Assembly: GCA_963747275.1 (NCBI GenBank)
Contig: CAVVEI010000014.1
Coordinates: 159,047-223,046 of the forward strand
Direction of reading: 5' to 3'
DNA from: an uncultured Actinomycetes bacterium
GTDB lineage: Bacteria > Actinomycetota > Thermoleophilia > RBG-16-64-13
DNA length: 64,000 nucleotides
The notes beneath the pieces were generated by a model. The model worked only from the letters and a program-made list of their open reading frames with translations, ran no database searches and was not told where the DNA came from. Made by a program: the position numbers and the translations under genes. Of this stretch, positions 55,004-64,000 are shown in pieces; position 1 is the stretch's first letter; each line of letters opens with the position of its first letter.

Positions 55004-55702
55004 ATGAGACCAGCAGTGAGTGCATACCATCCTCCCCTCCGCAAGCCCGCCCGCGAGACGCTGGAGAAGATCCTAGCGGGTGCGGAAGACCAGCTTCGCG
55101 AGCAGGAGCTCGACGCGTTCACGATCCAGAGTGTGCTTCAACGAACCGGATTGTCGGTGGGTGCCTTCTACTCGCGCTTCCCCGACAAGACGGCTTTGCT
55201 GCACGAACTGCAGGAGCGTGTGCACGGCCGCGTCGACCTTCAGATCTTGGCTGATCTGGACGCCCTCACGGGAAAGACCGGCTCTTTGGAGGAGGCGGTG
55301 GACAAGGGTTTTGAGACACTCGTCCGCCACGTGTTGAGCGAGCGCGGGTTGTTCCGGGCCTTCATGATGACGTCTGTGTTCGACCCCTTGATGCGGCAGA
55401 GAGGTGAGCAGTTCAACTTGGAGCGCAGGCGTGCCCTGGCCGCTTTGCTGGCTCCCCATCGGAGTGAGATCGGGCACCCCGACCCTGAGCTGGCAATTGA
55501 TACGGCGTACGCCATCTACTCCAGTACCATGCGCGGAAGGCTGGTGTACTACGAGTCGGCCGCTACCGCCCAATTCGGCCTCAACGATCACACGCTGTTC
55601 CTGAGACTCAGGCATTCACTGGCCCTGTTCTTGCGCGGCTCCGCTGAGCCGACGCGAATGACCAGCGAGACGTCGGAAACCAATAAGGGGAGCGAAGAAT
55701 GA
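55004..55702 (+). CDS. TetR/AcrR-family transcriptional regulator (paralog of 44053-44748), first gene of downstream operon
   Basis: 232 aa, HTH FTIQSVLQRTGLSVGAFYSRFPDKTALL. Its stop overlaps the next gene's ATG (ATGA). Confidence 0.8.
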   Translation: MRPAVSAYHPPLRKPARETLEKILAGAEDQLREQELDAFTIQSVLQRTGLSVGAFYSRFPDKTALLHELQERVHGRVDLQILADLDALTGKTGSLEEAVDKGFETLVRHVLSERGLFRAFMMTSVFDPLMRQRGEQFNLERRRALAALLAPHRSEIGHPDPELAIDTAYAIYSSTMRGRLVYYESAATAQFGLNDHTLFLRLRHSLALFLRGSAEPTRMTSETSETNKGSEE

Positions 55703-56613
55703 AGATCACCGTCATCGGGGCGGGTGGCTCGGTGGGTGGACCGGCCGCGTTCTACGCAGCCGTCCAGAAACTGGCGGACGAGATCGTGCTCATCGACGTG
55801 CGCCGGAACGCAGCCGAACAACATGCGATAGACCTTGGGACAGCCGTGTCGTCTCTGGGCGTCAAGGTGAAAGCCGGTACCTACGAAGACCTTGCGGGAT
55901 GCGACCTAGTCATGAACACGGCGGGCATGCCGCAGGGCCTCATCGCCGACCGCATGGAGATGCTCACCAAGAACCTCCCCCTGGTCAGCGACATCGCGCT
56001 GCAGGTCAAGCGCTACTGCCCAGAGGCCTTCGTCATCACGGCCACCAACCCTATCGACCCGCTCAACTACGCCACCTGGCGCGTCGGCGGGTTCGACCGG
56101 CGCAAGGTGGTGGGCTATTCGGTCAACGACTCCACTCGCTTCCGCGAGATGGTGGCCCGCAAGAAGCGGGTCGAGGTCAACCGGGTACAGGCCACGGTGA
56201 TGGGCGAGCACGGCAGCACCCAGGTTTACCTCTTCAGCTCAGTGCGCATAGATGGCAAGCCCGTCTCGTTCACCGAAGATGAGAAGGCGGATATCCGGGC
56301 TGAGATCCCCAACATCCTCAAGCGCCTGGAGGAGCTGCAGGCCGGGCGCACCGCAGGCTGGACCAGCGCGATAGGCCTGGCCGCCATCACTCGGGCCGTG
56401 CTCCAAGACACCGGCGAGGTCATGCCGTGCTCGGTAGTGTTAGACGGCGAGTACGGGCGGCGCGATCTCAGCATGTCGGTGCCGGTGAGATTGGGCAAAG
56501 AGGGGGTCCGCGAGATCCAAGAATGGGAAATGACGCCGGACGAACGAGAGGGTCTGGAGCGATCGGCTGACGCGATGGCTGCAGCAGCCAAGACTGTGGA
56601 GGCGAACCTGTGA
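55699..56613 (+). CDS. L-lactate/malate dehydrogenase-family NAD-dependent 2-hydroxyacid dehydrogenase
   Basis: MKITVIGAGGSVGG Rossmann motif, ...ITATNPIDPL...GEHG. 304 aa. Confidence 0.75.
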   Translation: MKITVIGAGGSVGGPAAFYAAVQKLADEIVLIDVRRNAAEQHAIDLGTAVSSLGVKVKAGTYEDLAGCDLVMNTAGMPQGLIADRMEMLTKNLPLVSDIALQVKRYCPEAFVITATNPIDPLNYATWRVGGFDRRKVVGYSVNDSTRFREMVARKKRVEVNRVQATVMGEHGSTQVYLFSSVRIDGKPVSFTEDEKADIRAEIPNILKRLEELQAGRTAGWTSAIGLAAITRAVLQDTGEVMPCSVVLDGEYGRRDLSMSVPVRLGKEGVREIQEWEMTPDEREGLERSADAMAAAAKTVEANL

Positions 56614-58742
56614 CGACAAGTTTCGAGAGGCTTCTTGAGCCCGGGATGATCGGACCGGTCAAGACGCGCAACCGCATCATCAAGACCGCCAACGGCACCT
56701 CGTTCATGGAAGAGGACCAGACCATCGGTCCGCGCATGATCGCCTACTACGAACGCCTAGCCAAAGGCGGAGTGGGCTTTCTGGTGGTGGAGTCGTGCGG
56801 AGTGGAGTACCCGCTGGCCATCCAGCACGTGCACTACTTCCCCGACGGCAGCTATGAGGGCGTGCAGCTACACTTCGACGACGACAAGTTCATCCCCAGC
56901 TACACGCGTCTGACCGAGGCCGTGCACAAGCAAGGCTGCCCCGTATCCATACAGTTTCAGCATGCCGGCCCCTGGAACCCGACGGGCTTGCTGCCCCGCG
57001 ACCCCAAAGTGCGCGACATCAAGTGCCCCTCTACCCTGACGGCCGAAGAGCTGCCCGGTCCGGACTTCTTGCCCTGCCGGGCGATGACAAAACAGGAGAT
57101 CGAGGACCAGATAGACCTGTGGGCCGCAGCCGCCGAGCGCGCCTTCAAGGCCGGGTTCGACGCCTGCGAGATAAACCACGGCACCTGCCACCAGGGCAAC
57201 ACCTTCCTTTCGCGCGTGTGGAACCGCCGTGAGGACGAGTACGGGCCGCAGAGTTACGAGAACCGCACGCGCTTCATCCGCAACATCATCACCGAGGCCA
57301 AACGCCGCTGCGGACCCACCTTCGCGGTGCACTGCCTGATCAACGCCGTGGAGTACAACCACCCCTTGGCCACCACCCTGCAAGAGGGTGTCGAGATCGC
57401 CAAGGCTATAGCCACTGTGGCCGACGGAATAAACCTGCGCGCCGAGCGGTACGGACACCGTCAGGGCCTCATACAGCCGGACCGCATCCTCTATCCGGAA
57501 CCGCTGGAAGAACTGCCGGCCGACCTCGATTGGAGCAACAGGGGCCGAGGTGCCACCGTACCGCTTACTGCCGCCGTCAAGCGCGCGGGAGTGACCGTGC
57601 CCGTGTGGACGGCCTGCCGCCTAGACCCCGAGCTGGGTGAGAAGTACCTCCGCAAAGGCGAGTTGGACTTCGTGGGCATGACCCGCAGGCTCCTGGCCGA
57701 CCCCGAGCTACCCAACAAGGTCAGCGAAGGCCGGCTGCAAGACATCCGCACCTGCACCGGCTGCCTGCATTGCTTCGACATGCGCAACAAGAACCAGAAG
57801 CTCGAGTGCCGGGTGAATGCCACCCTGGGCCGCGAGAACCTGCCTGAGTACGAGTGCAGACCGACCACGACCAAGAAGAAAGTGCTCGTGGTGGGTGGCG
57901 GACCGGCCGGTATGGAGGCCGCGCGCGTAGCCGCGCGGCGCGGTCACGAGGTGGTCCTCTACGACGCCCAGTCCCGCCTGGGTGGTCTGCTGCCGGTGGC
58001 GGCCATCGTCAAAGACACCGAGACCGAAGAGCTCACCGACCTCTCCGCCTACCTGCGCGGGCAGTTGGTCAAAGAAGGCGTGACCGTGCACCTGGGCGAA
58101 GCCGTCACCCCCAAGGTGGTCGCCAAGGAGAAGCCCGACACCCTGGTGCTGGCCGCCGGTGCCGCACACACCAAGTTCGAGCTCCCCGGCTCCGAGGGGG
58201 GAGCCACGGGCCGCAAACTGATCAAGACTGAGAAGCTGCACAGCCGATTGAAACTGGCACTCAAGTTCTTCTCGGCAGCCCAGCTGGAGCAGCTCACCCA
58301 TCTCTGGATGCCGGTGAATAAGAGCGCTGTGATCATGGGCGGCACGCTGCACGGCTGCGAGTTGGCCGAGTTCTTGGTCAAGCGTGGCCGCCGGGTAGTG
58401 GTGGCCCACAACGGCCCCGAATCTGAGCTGGGCGAGGGCATGGGCAGGGACGACCTCGAGAACCTGTGGCCCTGGTTCAAGATGAAGCGCGTCCCCATAT
58501 GGACGGACATCAAGTATCACTCGATCGTCAAGCGCGGCCTCAAGATCCAGACGTCCAGCAGACGCCTGTTCGTGCTCGAAGGCAAGAACATAATGACCAC
58601 GCAAGACTGGGGTCCGAATACCGCGATCGCCCAAGAACTCGGGGGGCTTGTCTCCGAGACCCACATCATAGGGAGCTGTCGTGACCCAGGGTGGATAGTC
58701 GATGCCATACGCGAAGGTGCCCTAGTGGGCTACGCCATCTGA
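56610..58742 (+). CDS. Enoate reductase / 2,4-dienoyl-CoA reductase-family flavoprotein (OYE-like FMN TIM barrel + [4Fe-4S] + FAD/NAD(P) domain)
   Basis: 710 aa. OYE N-terminus (...ACEINHGTCHQGNTFLS), CTGCLHC...C cluster motif, VLVVGGGPAGMEAARVAARRGHEVVLYD dinucleotide fold. Confidence 0.75.
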   Translation: MTTSFERLLEPGMIGPVKTRNRIIKTANGTSFMEEDQTIGPRMIAYYERLAKGGVGFLVVESCGVEYPLAIQHVHYFPDGSYEGVQLHFDDDKFIPSYTRLTEAVHKQGCPVSIQFQHAGPWNPTGLLPRDPKVRDIKCPSTLTAEELPGPDFLPCRAMTKQEIEDQIDLWAAAAERAFKAGFDACEINHGTCHQGNTFLSRVWNRREDEYGPQSYENRTRFIRNIITEAKRRCGPTFAVHCLINAVEYNHPLATTLQEGVEIAKAIATVADGINLRAERYGHRQGLIQPDRILYPEPLEELPADLDWSNRGRGATVPLTAAVKRAGVTVPVWTACRLDPELGEKYLRKGELDFVGMTRRLLADPELPNKVSEGRLQDIRTCTGCLHCFDMRNKNQKLECRVNATLGRENLPEYECRPTTTKKKVLVVGGGPAGMEAARVAARRGHEVVLYDAQSRLGGLLPVAAIVKDTETEELTDLSAYLRGQLVKEGVTVHLGEAVTPKVVAKEKPDTLVLAAGAAHTKFELPGSEGGATGRKLIKTEKLHSRLKLALKFFSAAQLEQLTHLWMPVNKSAVIMGGTLHGCELAEFLVKRGRRVVVAHNGPESELGEGMGRDDLENLWPWFKMKRVPIWTDIKYHSIVKRGLKIQTSSRRLFVLEGKNIMTTQDWGPNTAIAQELGGLVSETHIIGSCRDPGWIVDAIREGALVGYAI

Positions 58743-58760
58743 CCGCGGGAGAGGAAGCGA

Positions 58761-60425
58761 ATGTTCCGAATCCTCGAAGGTGCTACTCCGTACAAAGACA
58801 AGGATGCCGAGCTGTACCAACGAAGCGGATGGTGGCTCGGTCTCACACTTAGCGACTACCTGGACCGCGCAGCCGACACCTGCCCGGACAAGTTGGGCTT
58901 CATCGACCTCCAGACTCGGCTGACCTACTCCGAGGCCCGTGCGCAGTCCGTGCGCTTGGCGGTGGCCCTACTTCGCCTGGGAGTGAGTCCGCTCGACCGC
59001 GTGATGATCCAGCTGCCCAACTGGAGCGAGTTCGTGCCCGCCTACTTCGCGCTGCAGCGCATCGGCGCCATACCCGTGATGCTGATAGACCGCTACCGCG
59101 AACATGAGATAGAGAGGCTGGCACTGCTCTCGGGGGCAACCGCCTGGATAGTCCCGACACGGTACCGCAAGGTAGACTACGCCCCCATAATCGATGAGGT
59201 CTTGAGTCTGGTGCCCGCACTCAAGCAGGTCGTCACGGTCCGGGGCGAGATTGAAGGCCAGGATTTCGCCAGCCTGAGCCGGCTGATAGAGCAGACCGAG
59301 CCCACGCCGGCCGAGCTCCGGCGACTTGACGAACTGCATCCGAACCCCATGCAGGTGGCCCACATGGGCCCGACCGGAGGTACCACCGGAACACCCAAGA
59401 TCGTACCGCGCACCCACAACAGCCTGGGCTGCGGCGTCGGGTGCTGCTCGCTCGCGTGGACTCAAGGCCCTGACGACGTGACTCTCATCGTGGGCTCTAT
59501 CGGCCATGACCTGTCTGTCAGCAAGGGCTTTCTGGGCAGCGTGATCACCATGGGCACCATAGTCTTTCTGGACAACGCGGACACAGAGGTCATCTGCCAG
59601 ACCATCGAGCGCGAGAAGGTAACCGCCGTGGTCTGGGTCCCGACCCTCGCACAGAGGCTCATGCAGTACGAGAGCCTTGGCACCCACGACTTGACCAGCC
59701 TCGATAAGATGCACTGCGCTGGAGCTTCGGCTTCCCCCGGACTGATCAGAGACGTGGTCGCCCGCTTGGGCATCAGATTCTTCAATGGCTACGGAGCTAC
59801 CGAGGGCATGAGCACTATCACCGGTGCCCATGACGACCTGGACACGACAACCTCGAGTGTAGGCCGGCCCAGTTGCCAGGGCGATACCTACAAGGTGGTG
59901 GACTTCGACGGCAACGAGCTGCCCACGGAGTCTTCCGGCGAGTTGCTGGTCAAGGGGCCCGGCTTCTTCACCGGTTACTACATGAACGATGAAGAGAACG
60001 CCAAAGCCTTCGACGCTGACGGCTTCTTCAAGACGGGCGACGTGGCCCGCATCTCCGAGGATGGCTGCGTTACCATCACCGGCCGCATCAAAGAGATGAT
60101 CAACCGCGGCGGCGAGAGCATCAGCGCCACGGTCATAGAAGAGCTAATCGACCGGCACCCGGACATCGTCGCCGTCGCGGTCGTGGCCATGCCCGACCCC
60201 CTAATGGGCGAGCGGGTGTGCGCCTATGTGCAACCAAAGAATGGCTGCGAGCTCACTTTCGAGACCATCATCGCCTTCCTGCGCGAAGAGAAGGCCTCCG
60301 TGATCGAACTCCCCGAGCGCATCGAGTTCATAGAAGCGATGCCCTACACACCCGCACAGAAGACCGACAAGAAGGCCCTGCAAGCAGATATCGTGGCCAA
60401 GCTGGCCGCGGAGCAGAAGAACTAG
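58761..60425 (+). CDS. AMP-forming aryl-/acyl-CoA ligase (adenylate-forming enzyme, EntE/benzoate-CoA ligase-like)
   Basis: 554 aa. TGGTTGTPK AMP-binding P-loop, GYGATEG, KTGD...RGGESIS, and a C-terminal Lys-containing motif. Confidence 0.75.
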   Translation: MFRILEGATPYKDKDAELYQRSGWWLGLTLSDYLDRAADTCPDKLGFIDLQTRLTYSEARAQSVRLAVALLRLGVSPLDRVMIQLPNWSEFVPAYFALQRIGAIPVMLIDRYREHEIERLALLSGATAWIVPTRYRKVDYAPIIDEVLSLVPALKQVVTVRGEIEGQDFASLSRLIEQTEPTPAELRRLDELHPNPMQVAHMGPTGGTTGTPKIVPRTHNSLGCGVGCCSLAWTQGPDDVTLIVGSIGHDLSVSKGFLGSVITMGTIVFLDNADTEVICQTIEREKVTAVVWVPTLAQRLMQYESLGTHDLTSLDKMHCAGASASPGLIRDVVARLGIRFFNGYGATEGMSTITGAHDDLDTTTSSVGRPSCQGDTYKVVDFDGNELPTESSGELLVKGPGFFTGYYMNDEENAKAFDADGFFKTGDVARISEDGCVTITGRIKEMINRGGESISATVIEELIDRHPDIVAVAVVAMPDPLMGERVCAYVQPKNGCELTFETIIAFLREEKASVIELPERIEFIEAMPYTPAQKTDKKALQADIVAKLAAEQKN

Positions 60426-60439
60426 AACAAAGGAGCGGC

Positions 60440-60996
60440 ATGCCTGCACAAGAGATCAGATTCCATGGGCGCGGCGGCCAGGGTGCCGTTCTCGCCGCAC
60501 GGACGCTGGCTTCGGCCTTCGCGCTTGAAGGCAAGTTCGTCGCCAGCTTCCCTATGTACGGTTTCGAACGCCGAGGGATGCCGGTAGTGGCCTTCACCAG
60601 GGTGAGCGAGCAGCCCATCCGCGAGAAGACCCAGATCTACACCCCCGACGCACTGGTGGTGATCGATCCCGGCCTGCTTCACCTCTCCACGCTGTTCGAG
60701 GGGCTCAAAGAGGACGGCGTACTGGTGGTCAACAGCCCCAAGCCGCTCACCGGGCAGATGCATCCCAACCTCAAAAAGGTCGGCCTCATCAACGCCACCC
60801 AGGTAGCACTATGTGAGATAGGCAGGGACATCCCCAACACCTGCCTCGTCGGAGCCCTGGCCAAGACCACCGGCTGGGTGGGCATCGACTCGGTATCCTG
60901 AAGGCCTTGGGGGACTACTTCGAAGGTGACATGCTGAAGCGCAACATCCGCAACGCAGAACGCGGCTATGCGGAGGTCGAGGTGATCAAATGGTAG
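60440..60996 (+). CDS. porG: 2-oxoacid:ferredoxin oxidoreductase gamma subunit (frameshift near 60895)
   Basis: RBS AGGAG. IRFHGRGGQGAVLAARTLASA. The C-terminus ...ERGYAEVEVIKW* is in the adjacent frame. Confidence 0.75.
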
Positions 60997-61325
60997 ATGA
61001 CAAGAAAGGCGCCGCCGCGCCTGTGACCGAGCAGATCTTCGAAACCGAGGCCTGTTGGTCCGACGGCAGCGGTACGCTGATGGCGCTCAACACCGGCGAC
61101 TGGCGCACCGAGCGGCCGGTGTTCGACAACGAGAAGTGCAACGCCTGCGGCTTCTGCTACATCTTCTGCCCGGTACAGTGCATCGTGGACCACGAAGACG
61201 GTATCCACTACAAGGCCGTGTTGGACTACTGCAAGGGCTGCGGAATCTGCGCCAAGGAATGCCCCAAGGATGCAATCACCATGATCGCCGAGGCCGACTA
61301 CGCGGAGGGGTGCAAAGTTGAGTAA
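60990..61325 (+). CDS. porD: 2-oxoacid:ferredoxin oxidoreductase delta subunit (2x[4Fe-4S] ferredoxin)
   Basis: CNACGFCYIFCP and CKGCGICAKECP. Confidence 0.8.
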   Translation: MVDDKKGAAAPVTEQIFETEACWSDGSGTLMALNTGDWRTERPVFDNEKCNACGFCYIFCPVQCIVDHEDGIHYKAVLDYCKGCGICAKECPKDAITMIAEADYAEGCKVE

Positions 61326-62532
61326 GCAGTCAGACCTCCAAACACGGCCTGCACTACAGGCACAGCGCAAGGTCATCACCGGCAACGGCGCGGCCGCGTA
61401 CGCGGCGCTTCTCTGCCGCCCCGACGTGATAGCCGCCTACCCCATCACTCCCCAGAGCGAGGTCATCGAGCAGCTCGCCAAGTTCTGCGCTGAGGGGACG
61501 CTCGACGCCGAGTACGTCACAGTCGAGGGTGAGAACTCAGCTATGAACGTCGTCACCGCGGCCAGCATGGGCGGCGGCCGAGTATTCACCGCAACCTCTT
61601 CGTACGGCCTGGTCTATATGTATGACGCCCTGCTCCAGACGGCGGGCTATCGCGCACCGGTGGTGATGATCAACGTCAACCGAGAGCCGCCCGGCATACA
61701 TGCCGTCTGTTCCGGGCAACAGGACATGATCTCGGTACGCGACTCCGGGTGGGTGCAGATAATCTGCGAGAACTGCCAGGAGATCATGGATACCACCATC
61801 ATGGCTTATCGCCTGGCCGAGGACCACGACGTTCAGCTGCCGGTGATGGTCAACTACGATGGCTACTACCTGTCGTTCTTGGCCGAGTCGGTGGATATTC
61901 CCAGCAGCGAGCAGGTGGACCGCTTCTTGGCGCCACTGGCCGATCAGCCCGCACGGCCCATGTTGCGGCCGGGGGCCTCTCAGGGCTGCGGAAGTCATGG
62001 CCTCAACCTGGGCTACGTGGAATTGCGCAAGAAGCACTTCGCCGCCCTGGAGCGCACCAAGCAGAAGCTGGAAGAGATAGACCAGGAGTTCAAGGCCACC
62101 TTCGGGCGCGGCTATGCGGGCCAGGTGGAGGAATACCGCACCGAGGATGCCGACATAGTGCTCTTGACCAGCGGCAGCGCAGCCGGGACGGCCCGCACCA
62201 TGGTCGACGCGAAACGCGAACAGGGCATCAAGGTCGGCCTGGTGAAGCTGCGTCTCTTCCGCCCGTTCCCCAAGGAGAGACTGGTGCAAGCGCTCAAGGG
62301 CAAGAAGGCTGTGGGAGTACTCGACCGCAGCGTCTGCTTCGGTTGGGACTGCGGACCGCTCTACATGGAGACCCGCGCGCTGACGCCCGAGATGGGCATC
62401 ATGCCCCTGCTCAGCTTCATAGACGGCCTCGCCAACATGGACATAACCCAGGATCACATAGCCCGGGTCATCGACGACATCTACGAGGCCTCCAAGGGCG
62501 GCTCGTATCGGGAGGTCACATGGCTACAGTAA
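61318..62532 (+). CDS. porA: 2-oxoacid:ferredoxin oxidoreductase alpha subunit
   Basis: 404 aa, VITGNGAAAYAALLCRPDVIAAYPITPQSE. Confidence 0.8.
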   Translation: MSKQSDLQTRPALQAQRKVITGNGAAAYAALLCRPDVIAAYPITPQSEVIEQLAKFCAEGTLDAEYVTVEGENSAMNVVTAASMGGGRVFTATSSYGLVYMYDALLQTAGYRAPVVMINVNREPPGIHAVCSGQQDMISVRDSGWVQIICENCQEIMDTTIMAYRLAEDHDVQLPVMVNYDGYYLSFLAESVDIPSSEQVDRFLAPLADQPARPMLRPGASQGCGSHGLNLGYVELRKKHFAALERTKQKLEEIDQEFKATFGRGYAGQVEEYRTEDADIVLLTSGSAAGTARTMVDAKREQGIKVGLVKLRLFRPFPKERLVQALKGKKAVGVLDRSVCFGWDCGPLYMETRALTPEMGIMPLLSFIDGLANMDITQDHIARVIDDIYEASKGGSYREVTWLQ

Positions 62533-63446
62533 GAAAACGCCAGCCCAAGGTCTGCGACTACTACCAGAACGAAGACCAGTTCTCGCCGGGTATCGCTATG
62601 TGCCCCGGCTGCGTCATGGAGCTCAACCTCAGGCTGGTCTCCCGCATAATGGGCAAGGACATAGTCTTCTTTGGCACTCCGGGCTGTTCGGCCCCGGTCC
62701 TACACGGTCAGAACACCGGCGCCTGGCACCGCCACTCCTACTACGCCAACGTCATGACCGGAGTGGCCTCCAGCGCCACAGGCCTCTCCCGCTACTACCA
62801 GAAGGCCGGCATCGACGCCACCATCGTCTGCCACACCGGCGACGGCTGCGCTCAAGACGTGGGCTTTCAGACCTTCAGTGGTGCCGCGGAGCGCAACGAG
62901 AAGGTCATCTACATCTGCTATGACAACGAAGGCTACATGAACACCGGCGTCCAGCAGAGCAGCGCGACCCCGTTCGGCTCGTCCACCAGCACCACGCCGA
63001 CGGGCCGTGAGTCACGAGGCAAGACCACCGGAGCCAAGAACATGCCCATGGTCATGGCCATGCATGAGTGCGCCTACGTGGCGACTGCCACCCTCAGCCA
63101 CTTGGAGGACTACGCCAAGAAGCTGGTCAAGGCCAAAGAGAAGAGCAAAGAGGGCTTTGCGTACCTGCACGTGTTCTGCCCCTGCACGGTGGGCTGGAGA
63201 ATACCGCCAGACTCGTCGATAGAGGTGTGTCGCGAGGCTGTGCGCACCAACTACTTCCCGCTCTGGGAGTGCGAGAACGGCCGGTTCACCATCACACAAC
63301 CGGTCAAAGAACCCAGGCCGGTGAACGACCTGGTGGGCATGATAGGCAAGTCCAAGCACCTGCGTGAGCCCGAGATCGCGGTGCTGCAGGAGCAGGTGGA
63401 CAGGCGCTTCAAGGCCCTGCAGGCCCTCTGCGTGGGGACTGCCTGA
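62520..63446 (+). CDS. porB: 2-oxoacid:ferredoxin oxidoreductase beta subunit (TPP-binding)
   Basis: ATG at 62520 with a GGAGG RBS. Overlaps the porA end by 13 nt. CPGCVMEL...GDGC...YDNEGYMNTGVQ TPP/FeS motifs. Confidence 0.8.
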   Translation: MATVRKRQPKVCDYYQNEDQFSPGIAMCPGCVMELNLRLVSRIMGKDIVFFGTPGCSAPVLHGQNTGAWHRHSYYANVMTGVASSATGLSRYYQKAGIDATIVCHTGDGCAQDVGFQTFSGAAERNEKVIYICYDNEGYMNTGVQQSSATPFGSSTSTTPTGRESRGKTTGAKNMPMVMAMHECAYVATATLSHLEDYAKKLVKAKEKSKEGFAYLHVFCPCTVGWRIPPDSSIEVCREAVRTNYFPLWECENGRFTITQPVKEPRPVNDLVGMIGKSKHLREPEIAVLQEQVDRRFKALQALCVGTA

Positions 63447-63449
63447 CCT

Positions 63450-64000
63450 ACCCGCCTGACCCATCGGGGAAAGGACGCGACGTCGGGGGTCCGCTGGCCG
63501 AGGTCTTTGACCAGGCCGGCGAGGGCCTGCCAGTCTTCGCTCAGGTCCACTCGGCCCTCATAGGCGGCGCGGACCGCGAGGAACATGGCCACGAGGTTGC
63601 GCAGGATGTCTTCGTTCGTGTACCTGCGGTCCCAGGTGGACCGCAGGTACATGTTCTCCAGCACTCCTAGAAAGCCATACGCTACCAGCTCGTCATCGAA
63701 CAGGCCGGCATTGGCACCGGTCTTGCGATCAGCCGCCAGTTCGTCGGCCGAGCCGGCCAGCATTTTCTCGTACACGTCGCGCACCAAGGGACGGAGTTCG
63801 CTCTCCGGATGCAGCGCCTCCACCCGGGCCATGGCCTGCAGGTCGCGACTGAGCGTTTGCAGACCCAACCCGGCCCACACCCGCCAGGCCAGACGAGCGG
63901 CGGAGTCGGCGCTCTCCGCGATGGGAGCGATCACCTGGCTGTTCATCCACTCGAAGTAGACCGCGAAGCAGGCCATGAACAAGTGCTTCTTGCTGGGGAA
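63450..64000 (-). CDS. Possible TetR-like regulator, C-terminal part only (N-terminus beyond window end; 3' boundary uncertain)
   Basis: All-helical sequence (...VAYGFLGVLENMYLRSTWDRRYTNEDILRNLVAMFLAVRAAYEG...) in a frame that runs off the window. The in-frame extension into porB is probably an artefact. Confidence 0.3.

Overview
High-GC (~68%) chromosomal window from a Gram-positive-like bacterium. Actinobacteria-type topA-tmk-holB-ricT synteny, CWB2 cell-wall-binding repeats and lipoprotein solute-binding proteins point that way. Taxonomy is an inference only. Nearly every base is coding, and almost all genes are recognisable by homology from the translated ORFs. Contents in order: (i) a partial iorA - ADP-forming acetyl-CoA synthetase - LVIVD beta-propeller operon with a divergent GntR gene. 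(ii) tRNA-Thr. (iii) housekeeping ricT/holB/tmk/topA. (iv) STAS and TPR genes, a ~1300-aa multidomain peptidoglycan hydrolase and an amidohydrolase. (v) an 11-gene complex I operon, nuoABCDHIJKLMN, with no nuoEFG. (vi) tatC, a GntR-HAD fusion and a DUF81/DUF1634 pair. (vii) a phosphoketolase-acetate kinase module with a sugar ABC transporter. (viii) a putative polyphenol-catabolism island at 44-63.5 kb. The island has a Liv-type ABC transporter, a UbiD-family decarboxylase and a two-subunit molybdoenzyme that looks like pyrogallol-phloroglucinol transhydroxylase. It is flanked by two paralogous TetR genes. Divergent from it is a TetR-led operon of an LDH/MDH-like dehydrogenase, an enoate-reductase-like flavo-FeS protein, an aryl-CoA ligase and a four-subunit 2-oxoacid:ferredoxin oxidoreductase. 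The window also carries at least 40 apparent frameshifts. Their pattern, including one at a homopolymer beside an ATGA gene junction, fits homopolymer indel errors in the assembly rather than real pseudogenes. Gene boundaries and any apparent fusion must be read with that caveat. Coordinates of frameshifted genes are the spans of the reconstructed genes.
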